Assembly: GCA_964534625.1 (NCBI GenBank)
Contig: CAZHRF010000025.1
Location: forward strand, 1 to 14,752
Reading direction: 5' to 3'
DNA length: 14,752 nt
Origin: an uncultured archaeon
GTDB lineage: Archaea; Asgardarchaeota; Heimdallarchaeia; Heimdallarchaeales; Heimdallarchaeaceae
The notes beneath the pieces are model-generated. The model had not been told where the DNA came from. It saw only the letters and a list, made by a program, of their open reading frames with translations, and searched no databases. The position numbers were made by a program, and so were the translations under genes. Every line of letters begins with the position of its first letter. Position 1 is the first letter of the stretch. This document shows positions 7,153-14,752 of the stretch, in pieces.

Positions 7153-8913
7153 ATGGCTGAAATAATAAAATGTGTGGATTTGATCAAGGTTTATCAAGAT
7201 CCTATAAATGAGATACGTGTTCCAGCTTTAAGAGGATTAGACATAACAATAGACGAAGGAGCATTGGTATCGATTATTGGGCCATCGGGAGCAGGAAAAA
7301 CCACCTTAGTAAGAATGTTAGCTGGTACTGAAACACCAACGAGTGGATCAGTAATAATTAAAGATCAACGTTTAGATGTATTGGAAGAAGAACAAAGACG
7401 TAGTTTTAGATATTATAATATAGGTATTGTTAATCAATTTGTTAGCCAGAATCTTTTTGCTGAATTATCTGTAACAGAAAATTTGATGTTACCTAAAAGA
7501 ATGTTTTTACTGCCCAGAGAAAAGTCAATAAAAGAAGTAAATGAACTTCTTGAATTACTCAATCTTTATCATATCAAGGATAACAAAGTTGGTAAAATCT
7601 CAGGTGGGGAGGCAATGCGTTTATCGCTTGGAGTGGCTTTAGCCAAAAACCCCGAAATAATTTTAGCAGATGAACCTACAGGACAATTAGATACCCAGAG
7701 TACAATGGACATGATAGATACAATTCGAAATGTCAATGTAAACATGGGCAAAACGATTTTAGTTGTCACACATGATATACGTTTTCGAAATATTTTCAAA
7801 AATAGTTATATAATTCGTGATGGGCGTTTAGTAGGGTTCAGTAAAGATCTCCAAAGGCATGAATTAGAATTTCTCATGGAGTCTTCAGATGTAAAGACTT
7901 CTTATGTAGATGCTTCCAATTTTGTTCGTATTCCTGATAAAATTAAACTTGAATTAGGATTAAAAGATCAAGTTGAATTTGAAATTCATCCAACTAAAAA
8001 ACTTGGTCTCTTCTGGAATCCAGCTAGAGTGACAAGAGAAAACATTTTCCAGCTTCTTAAGAACGAAGGAAAAATAGACGAAGATAACGTAGAAACGGAA
8101 ATTGTTGAAATTGAATTTCAAGATATTGAACACTTGATTTCGAGAGAATTTATTCCTCCAACTCAAAAAGAGGTTATTATCCGTTGTTCGAATCTAAACA
8201 AAACGTATAAATCTACTGGAGGAAAAAATATTGTACTAGATGGAGTTAACTTAGAAATTACCAAAGGTGATTTTGTTTTTGTTTCAGGTCCTTCAGGTGT
8301 TGGTAAAACAACTTTATTCAACCTTATTTCTGGCTTAGATAAACCTACAGACGGTCAAATAGTTGTTAATGGTTTTCCAGTTTCTGAAAAAAGCGAACAA
8401 GAAGTTTCTCTGTATCGTTTGAATAATATCGCTTATATCACACAGCATAATAATCTCTTTGAACCAATAACAGTAAAGGAAAATATCAGATTACCTTACC
8501 TTTTTACAGGTAAAGAAAAAAAATATGATGACCAATATGGGATGAAAATCGCTAAAGAATGCCAGATTAATCATAAGTTAGATGTATTTCCCTATGAATT
8601 GTCTGCGGGAGAAAAACAACGTGCATCCTTAGCTGTTGCTCTATCGAGAAATACGGATGTTATTTTAGCTGACGAACCTACTGCTAATGTTGACTCTGAA
8701 CTTGCCCGTCATTTAATGAATTTACTTATGGATATCTCGCGAATAAACAAAACAACAATCATGGTTTGTTCTCACGATTTAAGTCTTTTAAGACCAGGTT
8801 TTAGACATATTGAATTAGAGGGTGGGGGGATATATGGTGATACTAGAATTGACAAAAACAGGATAAAAGATATTTTAATCGAATATTTACAAATAAAGAA
8901 CAGCAAAAAGTAA
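7153..8913 (+). CDS. Tandem two-domain LolD/MacB-type ABC ATPase with central AbrB/SpoVT-like module (586 aa from ATG 7153)
   Basis: NBD1: GPSGAGKTT, ISGGEAMR, ILADEPTG, VTHD. NBD2: GPSGVGKTT, LSAGEKQR, ILADEPTA, CSHD. Linker SYVDASNFVRIPDKIKLELGLKDQVEFEI resembles the AbrB/MazE/SpoVT swapped-hairpin consensus. ATG 7153 is preferred over GTG 7144 because of RBS spacing. Confidence 0.9.
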   Translation: MAEIIKCVDLIKVYQDPINEIRVPALRGLDITIDEGALVSIIGPSGAGKTTLVRMLAGTETPTSGSVIIKDQRLDVLEEEQRRSFRYYNIGIVNQFVSQNLFAELSVTENLMLPKRMFLLPREKSIKEVNELLELLNLYHIKDNKVGKISGGEAMRLSLGVALAKNPEIILADEPTGQLDTQSTMDMIDTIRNVNVNMGKTILVVTHDIRFRNIFKNSYIIRDGRLVGFSKDLQRHELEFLMESSDVKTSYVDASNFVRIPDKIKLELGLKDQVEFEIHPTKKLGLFWNPARVTRENIFQLLKNEGKIDEDNVETEIVEIEFQDIEHLISREFIPPTQKEVIIRCSNLNKTYKSTGGKNIVLDGVNLEITKGDFVFVSGPSGVGKTTLFNLISGLDKPTDGQIVVNGFPVSEKSEQEVSLYRLNNIAYITQHNNLFEPITVKENIRLPYLFTGKEKKYDDQYGMKIAKECQINHKLDVFPYELSAGEKQRASLAVALSRNTDVILADEPTANVDSELARHLMNLLMDISRINKTTIMVCSHDLSLLRPGFRHIELEGGGIYGDTRIDKNRIKDILIEYLQIKNSKK

Positions 8914-9067
8914 TGTTTGTAATGTAATAAATCTACAGATTTCATTAGTCTCATGCTTAGTAGTATTAAGAAGTCTCTACTAAAAAAATCAAAAGCCACA
9001 AGGACATCAATTAGATATGGGTATATTCAAAATCAGCTAAGTTTTATCTTATAGTAAAAAAATTACT

Positions 9068-9103
9068 ACAAACTTTTTATGTAAGACCTAACAATACTAT
9101 TGT
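9068..9103 (+). promoter_or_regulatory. BRE/TATA-like promoter with a 13-bp palindrome abutting the start codon
   Basis: ACAAAC-TTTTTATGTA at 9068-9083, about 21-30 nt upstream of ATG 9104; ACAATA-C-TATTGT at 9091-9103. Confidence 0.5.
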
Positions 9104-11785
9104 ATGAAACAGTTATACAAACTTAGTAGCGTATTTATGATATGTTGTATTCTTTTATTCCCATCATTGATGAGAATACATGATTCAAATGCATTTAACA
9201 CAAATAGCACTATTAATAACAAAAATGAGAAGAGTATGGAATTGATAAACAACCATTACACCTCTCAACCATCTAACCCACCATCAATCCATAGCACCAA
9301 TCGCGATGAATATTTAGTCACAAGTGAGTATCTTGAAACTGCACAAGACATAATAAATGAAATCAGAGTTACATATCCTTTTGAGAGCATAGGGATCATA
9401 AGAAATCGTGATTTAGCAAAAGTTCAAGCTATCATAGGCTTAACCGATTATTTTCTTGCTACGAAGAGGTATGAAATTATTGATACTACTTTATCTATAG
9501 CTGATTCGCTTTCTCTTGAAGTAAATGATACATTCATTAGAGGTGACTACGATGATGGTAAAAGTGCCTATCCTGTTTATCCCCAAGATAGTTTAGTACT
9601 AATTCTTGCCTTACATAGACTATCATTAGTTCTTGATCTAGACGGAAGAGAAGTAGAATCTTTGCAATATTCTCAACAATCTCAAGATATTTTAGATAAT
9701 CTTATCGAAGTTTTCTATAATAATGCCAATACAAATCTCAGTTCTACGTTGTATGTTAATGCTGATGGACAGATCGTTGATGGTGACTATTATCCCTCAG
9801 CTATCTCAACAGCCTTATTTACTCTTGCTTCTTATGCTTTATCTAATACTACTGCACTTGAATATGCTAAAAATGCCCTAGATAGTTACTTAATTGATGG
9901 TCGTGAAACAGTCACTGTTTTCGAGGAAGAGTCAGCATATATTGTTAGAAGTACAATAAATACAGAAATGACATTATATAATGTTACTAGATTGCAGGAT
10001 AATGCGTACTTTTTGACAGCTTTACTACAACAAAGTGCATATCAAGAATCATTAAACAATAATGCACAAGCTGATGACTATATGATTCAAGCCAGTCTAT
10101 TCTCTGAAGGTATAACGGGAATATTTTTTAACTTTTTTACGGGATTACTACACACACAATACAACTTAGTTACCGAAGTTCTCTCATCAACAGCCTTTAC
10201 ATATGAGAATAGTGTTACAATTTCAGCATTTATAGAATTTTATAGACGGCACAAGGATTATTGGGATTTCAGACCCTCGTTACAACCTATAGTTGATCTT
10301 TCGAGAAATCTTTATTATACCTTGTACTCTCCAGGAGAATTACATTTCTTACCGGGTTATACCTCTTCTGGGTCTTTTATTACGTTTGACAGCTCAATAA
10401 TTCTTAGAAATCCTGCTATTGTAAATTATCAAGCTATCACTTTTTTGAGTAAAGTTTTACCTGTCTCAACGATATTTAGCATACCCTTAGAACCTAAAGT
10501 GGGAGAAAGTTTTACTTATCGTTTGAATATTTCGTATGATGAAACCACCTCAATTTATGGCTCATCTAACATTTCTATGAGTATTAATCTTAAATCAGCT
10601 ATTTATATGACATTTAATTCATCAACGTCCAATACATCGTTAGTTGTTAGTTCAACGAATTTAAATGGTGAAACTAAAAAAAATCAAACAATTATTGAAC
10701 AAACATTAAGTTCTTCGGTTGGAGGAGAACAATTAATCGAAGTAACGATTTCTTATTCCAACTATAATTTAATTTGGATCAATCATTTTCTGTTTTTCAC
10801 TCAAAAAATAAGCATAAAAACAGATCCAAATGAAATTTCGACAACTCAAGGGCAAGATGATTTTGTAAGATTTGCTGTTATCTGCGAAAATACTCAAGGT
10901 AATCCTGTTGTTGATGCTTTAGTAGATGTAAAGGTATCAGATGACATTTTTTTCACAGAAATTACTGCTCCAGGTGGAATAGCGCATTTTGAATTACCTA
11001 TTCATGAAGTATTCCAATTAGATGAAAGTCAGTCCCAAAATAATCCCCTTTCAATGCAACAATCTGAAAGTAACACTAGAACATTAAATATTTCAGCTTC
11101 CAAACCCGGTTTTGATTTTTCTTCAATTAATAAAACAGCAATTTTGCGAAGAAATAGGTTACAGATCTATTTTAGCAGAGATTTAAATATTAAGCGAGGA
11201 TCAGATTTAACCGTCACAATTTCAGTAGAACCTCAAATTCCAACTCATGTGGGGAATCCGAGAGGAGAATTCTTTTTAGCGGGAGAGCACTTGTCCTTTA
11301 GTGGACAACCAGAAATTAGTTTGCCTACTCAAATAACCCTCAGAACAGCTAAGTATGATACTGATATTGAACTAGCAATAAAAATTATTTCCGATAACTT
11401 TCAAGAGCAATGGTTTAACCAAACCATATTTATTGAAGAATTAGATGCATTTGAGTTTGTTTATTTCTATTTCGAAAAAGCTATAAGTTCAACATGGATA
11501 CAAGTATTGGGTTCTTTAGGGGTGCTCTGGGCTATCCTTTGGAGACAATTTCTCCTGGTAATTGGGGCATTAAATAGATGTCCATATTGTGGAGAAACAA
11601 CCAAGAAAAAGTATAGCGTCTGTCGATATTGTGGCCACATATTAAATCCAACTAGCTATAAAGATTTACAAGGTACAAAAGATAAACAGAAAGGAAAAAT
11701 AACAAAAGAAGAACACAATACCTTTGAATCTGACAACATAAATAGTAAAAAAATTGATATAGATACTGAAGAGAAAGAAGAATAG
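9104..11785 (+). CDS. Large type-I membrane/surface protein: signal peptide, helical alpha/alpha-toroid-like region, beta-sandwich domains, C-terminal TM, cytoplasmic zinc ribbon (893 aa)
   Basis: Signal MKQLYKLSSVFMICCILLFPSL. Recurrent helix motifs (YPQDSLVLILAL, LQDNAYFLTAL, TYENSVTISAF) reminiscent of six-hairpin glycosidase-like barrels. GNPVVDALVDV...TAPGGIA...ISASKPGF looks Ig-like or carboxypeptidase-regulatory-like. TM WIQVLGSLGVLWAILW; CPYCG-x8-CRYCG; many N-x-S/T sequons. Confidence 0.75.
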   Translation: MKQLYKLSSVFMICCILLFPSLMRIHDSNAFNTNSTINNKNEKSMELINNHYTSQPSNPPSIHSTNRDEYLVTSEYLETAQDIINEIRVTYPFESIGIIRNRDLAKVQAIIGLTDYFLATKRYEIIDTTLSIADSLSLEVNDTFIRGDYDDGKSAYPVYPQDSLVLILALHRLSLVLDLDGREVESLQYSQQSQDILDNLIEVFYNNANTNLSSTLYVNADGQIVDGDYYPSAISTALFTLASYALSNTTALEYAKNALDSYLIDGRETVTVFEEESAYIVRSTINTEMTLYNVTRLQDNAYFLTALLQQSAYQESLNNNAQADDYMIQASLFSEGITGIFFNFFTGLLHTQYNLVTEVLSSTAFTYENSVTISAFIEFYRRHKDYWDFRPSLQPIVDLSRNLYYTLYSPGELHFLPGYTSSGSFITFDSSIILRNPAIVNYQAITFLSKVLPVSTIFSIPLEPKVGESFTYRLNISYDETTSIYGSSNISMSINLKSAIYMTFNSSTSNTSLVVSSTNLNGETKKNQTIIEQTLSSSVGGEQLIEVTISYSNYNLIWINHFLFFTQKISIKTDPNEISTTQGQDDFVRFAVICENTQGNPVVDALVDVKVSDDIFFTEITAPGGIAHFELPIHEVFQLDESQSQNNPLSMQQSESNTRTLNISASKPGFDFSSINKTAILRRNRLQIYFSRDLNIKRGSDLTVTISVEPQIPTHVGNPRGEFFLAGEHLSFSGQPEISLPTQITLRTAKYDTDIELAIKIISDNFQEQWFNQTIFIEELDAFEFVYFYFEKAISSTWIQVLGSLGVLWAILWRQFLLVIGALNRCPYCGETTKKKYSVCRYCGHILNPTSYKDLQGTKDKQKGKITKEEHNTFESDNINSKKIDIDTEEKEE

Positions 11786-11800
11786 AAGAATGCTTCTTCT
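11784..11800 (+). terminator. Short hairpin at the stop codon (possible terminator/3' structure)
   Basis: AGAAGAA-TGC-TTCTTCT, perfect 7-bp stem. It is low complexity, so it could be chance. Confidence 0.3.
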
Positions 11801-11809
11801 CTTGTTAAT

Positions 11810-11856
11810 ATGAACTACCCCACCCTCAAGGACGGGGTTTTCAAGAAGACGTTCAC
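11810..11856 (-). mobile_element. 47-bp non-autonomous IS200/IS605-derived mini element (PATE/REP-like single hairpin)
   Basis: Minus strand: TTAT|GTGAACGTCTTCTT-GAAAA-CCCCGTCC-TTGA-GGGTGGGG-TAGT-TCAT|. GC-rich island in an AT-rich convergent intergenic region. It shares GGTAGTTCAT with 100-109, and the stem pairs fully (two G-T wobbles) only on the minus strand. Confidence 0.75.
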
Positions 11857-11865
11857 ATAAAATCC

Positions 11866-11879
11866 TTTTTTTCTTTTTT
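11866..11879 (+). terminator. Oligo-T tract, probable terminator for 9104-11785
   Basis: TTTTTTTCTTTTTT between convergent genes. Confidence 0.45.
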
Positions 11880-11946
11880 ATTCCTCTACTCAAATAAATT
11901 AAAGAAGTAAAGATAGAAGAGTTTACAAAAAGTATTAAGTCTTTTT

Positions 11947-13257
11947 TTAGCTAATTTTTTCAACTATTTTTGATATTTCGTTTCTACACTTTGCTGGAAA
12001 GATCAATAAATTATTATATTTTGGACGTGAGAGACTCGACACAACTTCCGATACTTCAGATAATTGTTTAATTTCACCCGCCTCTAATTCGATTAGTATT
12101 GCATCTCGGTTAACCTCTGTATAAGGTGTATAATATCTAGAATAAAACACATCGATTCCCCAGTATGCTTCAGGAAATCCACATTTTGAGACTAGCTCGT
12201 CTATTTCGTTTTTCTGCTGTTTTATTTTTTTTACCATTTCTTCTGTTAAGGGTATACTTTTAAACAATTTCCGTTGCAATATTCTTTTTGCTAAATCTTT
12301 CATTACGTGCTCTTCTTTTTCTTTATATGCTGATAATTGTAATTGTGTAAAAATAACATCATCAGTTAAGGGTTGCATAGTTTTCCAATTCGGTTGCTCT
12401 ACAAACTCTTTTATCATCTTAAGCACTTCTAGATTGGGGTCTTTTTCTGCCCACTGAAAGAGCTGACTTATATACAACTTGATCATATATTCCCAACATC
12501 TAACTGTTTTATGGAAATAAACCCTAGAAAATTGCATATATCTGGCAATTACTATCTGTTCTGTTGATTGCATTCCCTTCTCTTTTATCACTAATCTTCC
12601 ATCAGAAGAAATTTTTAGCATTGCCAATAATCTTTCAATATTGTAAAGACCAAAAGACACCCCGGTAACAAGTGAATCGCGCATGAGATAATCAATAGAA
12701 TCTGCATCAAGTTGTGAAGCAATTATTTGATTAAGAAAAGGTTTGTTGGATACAGGCTTGCCTATTATTAGATCAGCTATTCTTTCCTTATCTATTTCCT
12801 TTTTTTCTAGAACGCTACCTATCTCCGATGTATCAGATAAAACTATTTGTTGGGTAATGTTCTCGTGCCTTAGAAAATCATGATATTTTGCATAGTCACC
12901 CCCTTGCTCTGTTAGCATTCTAATAGTATCTTCAAACATATGAGAAAAAGGACCATGTCCCACATCATGGATTAGAGAGGCCACTCTTACGTCTTTTATA
13001 TCCTGCTCTGTTATCCACTTACCATTACTTTTCTGTAAAACTGCTAATATTTTATTAGCTATATGAAAAGCACCTAGACTATGAGAAAAACGCGAATGAG
13101 TTGCGGAAGGATACGAAATTGGCACACCTCCTAACTGTGCTAATCTTCTCAATCTTTGAAATTCTGCTGTATCTATAAGTTTAGTATAAAACTCATCAGG
13201 TATATCGATATAATTATGAACTGAATCAGCTATTGAACGTTGTTTGACTATTTTCAT
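11947..13257 (-). CDS. HD-domain phosphohydrolase, SAMHD1/YwfO-like dNTP triphosphohydrolase family (436 aa)
   Basis: DSVHNYI, IDTAEFQRLRRLAQLG, YPSATHSRFSHSLG, HDVGHGPFSHMFE, LDADSIDYLMRDS, VYFHKTVR: the complete motif series of this family. Confidence 0.92.
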   Translation of the reverse strand: MKIVKQRSIADSVHNYIDIPDEFYTKLIDTAEFQRLRRLAQLGGVPISYPSATHSRFSHSLGAFHIANKILAVLQKSNGKWITEQDIKDVRVASLIHDVGHGPFSHMFEDTIRMLTEQGGDYAKYHDFLRHENITQQIVLSDTSEIGSVLEKKEIDKERIADLIIGKPVSNKPFLNQIIASQLDADSIDYLMRDSLVTGVSFGLYNIERLLAMLKISSDGRLVIKEKGMQSTEQIVIARYMQFSRVYFHKTVRCWEYMIKLYISQLFQWAEKDPNLEVLKMIKEFVEQPNWKTMQPLTDDVIFTQLQLSAYKEKEEHVMKDLAKRILQRKLFKSIPLTEEMVKKIKQQKNEIDELVSKCGFPEAYWGIDVFYSRYYTPYTEVNRDAILIELEAGEIKQLSEVSEVVSSLSRPKYNNLLIFPAKCRNEISKIVEKIS

Positions 13258-13281
13258 CTTAAATAGTAGTTATAGACAGCA

Positions 13282-13296
13282 GTAATAACTTTTTTT
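13282..13296 (-). promoter_or_regulatory. BRE + TATA-like promoter of the HD gene (leaderless geometry)
   Basis: Minus strand AAAAAAAG-TTATTAC, with the TATA-like part 25-31 nt upstream of ATG 13257. Confidence 0.5.
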
Positions 13297-13366
13297 ACAT
13301 GAAATTTTTTTTACATTCATTACATAAGATTAAAAAGATAATCACTTGTTCATTACTTGTGATAAT

Positions 13367-14704
13367 ATGAAGATAGCTATATTTGGAACAGGATATGTAG
13401 GTCTTGTTACTGGCGCTTGTTTTGCAAGTAAAGGACATGAAGTTATTTGTGTAGATGTGGTTCCTGAAAAAGTTGAAATGATTAATAACTCCAAATCGCC
13501 CATTTATGAAAAGGGGTTGGATGAATTATTGAAAAATCACGTTCCTACTGGACTATTAAGAGCTACGTTAAATGCTAAAGATGCAGTAGAAAATGCTGAA
13601 ATTATATTTATTTGTGTAGGCACACCGAGTTTGCCAGATGGTTCTATGGACTATCAATACGTTGAACAATCAGCTAAGGACATAGCTGAAGTTTTTACAA
13701 AGGATCAAGAGTACAAAGTAGTAGTTGTTAAAAGCACTTGTATTCCTGGTACGACTGTAAATCTCGTTGGTCCTATTTTAGAAAAAACGAGCGGTTTGAA
13801 AGTTGGTGAAGATTTTGGCTTGGGTATGAACCCTGAATTTTTACGAGAGGGAGTAGCAGTTCAAGATTTTCTTTACCCCGATAGAATTGTTGTTGGCGGT
13901 GTTGATAAACGATCTTTAGATAGTATTTGCAAATGTTATAACGAATTTAATGCACCCATTTTAACTGTTGATCCTACTGCAGCAGAGATGATTAAATATA
14001 CATCCAATTCGTTTTTAGCTTGTAAAATTTCTTTCATAAATGAGATGGCGAATCTTTGCGAAGTTTTAGGTATTGATGTTAATGATGTTGCAAAAGGTGT
14101 TGGGATGGATCACAGGATATCAGATAAATTCTTAAGATCAGGTGCTGGATTTGGTGGATCCTGTTTCCCTAAAGATGTCAAGGCTTTATATCATAAATCA
14201 AAAGAAGTTAGTTTACCTTCAAAATTATTAGAAGCCACTTTAAGAGTAAATGAGATTCAACCCTTACGTACAATTGATTTACTTAAAGAAGAATTACAAA
14301 AAGAGAAACAGACTGAATCGCTTAAAGATTTAAAAATAGCAGTTCTCGGTTTGGCTTTCAAACCAGAAACAGATGACATGAGAGAAGCTCCATCTTTAAT
14401 AATCCTTCAACAATTGTTAGAAGAAGGTGCAAAAGTCACAGTAACTGACCCAATAGCAATAGAAAATGCAAAAAAGGAAATCAATCATAGCAATTTGACT
14501 TTTGAAGAATCAATAGATGAAACATTAAAAGAAGCTGATGCATGTATACTCGTAACAGAATGGAAAGAATTTCAATCATTACCCCCTGAAAAATTTCTAG
14601 AATTAATGAAACAACCAATTTTAATCGATGGAAGAAAGGTATATGATTACCAAGTATTCAGGAATAAAGGGATAATTTACAGAGCAATAGGGTTAGGAAA
14701 ATAA
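13367..14704 (+). CDS. ugd: UDP-glucose 6-dehydrogenase (UDP-glucose/GDP-mannose dehydrogenase family, 445 aa from ATG 13367)
   Basis: MKIAIFGTGYVG Rossmann motif, ICVGTP, KSTCIPGT, NPEFLREG, AEMIKY, GFGGSCFPKD (catalytic Cys), GLAFKPETDDMREAP, IDGR. Confidence 0.93.
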   Translation: MKIAIFGTGYVGLVTGACFASKGHEVICVDVVPEKVEMINNSKSPIYEKGLDELLKNHVPTGLLRATLNAKDAVENAEIIFICVGTPSLPDGSMDYQYVEQSAKDIAEVFTKDQEYKVVVVKSTCIPGTTVNLVGPILEKTSGLKVGEDFGLGMNPEFLREGVAVQDFLYPDRIVVGGVDKRSLDSICKCYNEFNAPILTVDPTAAEMIKYTSNSFLACKISFINEMANLCEVLGIDVNDVAKGVGMDHRISDKFLRSGAGFGGSCFPKDVKALYHKSKEVSLPSKLLEATLRVNEIQPLRTIDLLKEELQKEKQTESLKDLKIAVLGLAFKPETDDMREAPSLIILQQLLEEGAKVTVTDPIAIENAKKEINHSNLTFEESIDETLKEADACILVTEWKEFQSLPPEKFLELMKQPILIDGRKVYDYQVFRNKGIIYRAIGLGK

Positions 14705-14722
14705 AATAAAATAAAATAAAAT
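14698..14722 (+). repeat. (AAAAT)x5 microsatellite overlapping the ugd stop codon
   Basis: Five perfect tandem AAAAT units. Confidence 0.85.
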
Positions 14723-14747
14723 AAAGAAAGACAATCCTTTCTTTTTT
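14723..14747 (+). terminator. Hairpin plus T-tract downstream of ugd
   Basis: AAAGAAAG-ACAATC-CTTTCTTT followed by TTT. Confidence 0.45.
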
Positions 14748-14752
14748 CATGC

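Noticed and set aside
7569-8166. Two - strand ORFs (76 and 68 aa)
   Set aside because: Antisense shadows of the ABC ATPase.
8929-8983. Short inverted repeats AAATCT-AC-AGATTT and TTAGTAG-N13-CTACTAA
   Set aside because: AT-rich 6-7 bp arms expected by chance; not positioned at a clear promoter.
8772-8999. 75-aa - strand ORF
   Set aside because: Mostly antisense to the ATPase 3' end; GTG start and no support.
11666-11893. 75-aa - strand ORF
   Set aside because: Reads through the T-tract, the mini element and the antisense of a low-complexity tail; not a transposase fragment.
13346-13366. TTG start extension of ugd
   Set aside because: Family members begin at MKIAxxGxGYVG; ATG 13367 is preceded by SD-like GTGAT.
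1-14752. CRISPR array, tRNA or rRNA genes
   Set aside because: No regularly spaced direct repeats or cloverleaf/rRNA-like GC-rich segments seen; intergenic regions are short.

Overview
AT-rich archaeal-type DNA. It has TATA-box/leaderless starts, a GGAGTGAT ribosome-binding site, oligo-T terminators and a TPR protein ending in a longin-like domain, which together suggest an Asgard (Heimdallarchaeia-like) genome; this is an inference. Left to right: the 3' end of an IS200/IS605 element (TnpB-like C-terminal tail overlapping an omegaRNA-like right end, 1-109); a TPR + longin-like protein (-); a small 2-TM protein; a giant double-FtsX/MacB permease with an extra N-terminal extracellular domain, coupled to a tandem two-NBD ABC ATPase with a central AbrB-like module; a large single-pass surface protein with a cytoplasmic zinc ribbon; a 47-bp single-hairpin element that appears to satisfy both IS200/IS605 left-end and right-end cleavage rules; a SAMHD1/YwfO-like HD phosphohydrolase (-); and UDP-glucose 6-dehydrogenase. 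All domain calls come from motif recognition by eye, not database searches.
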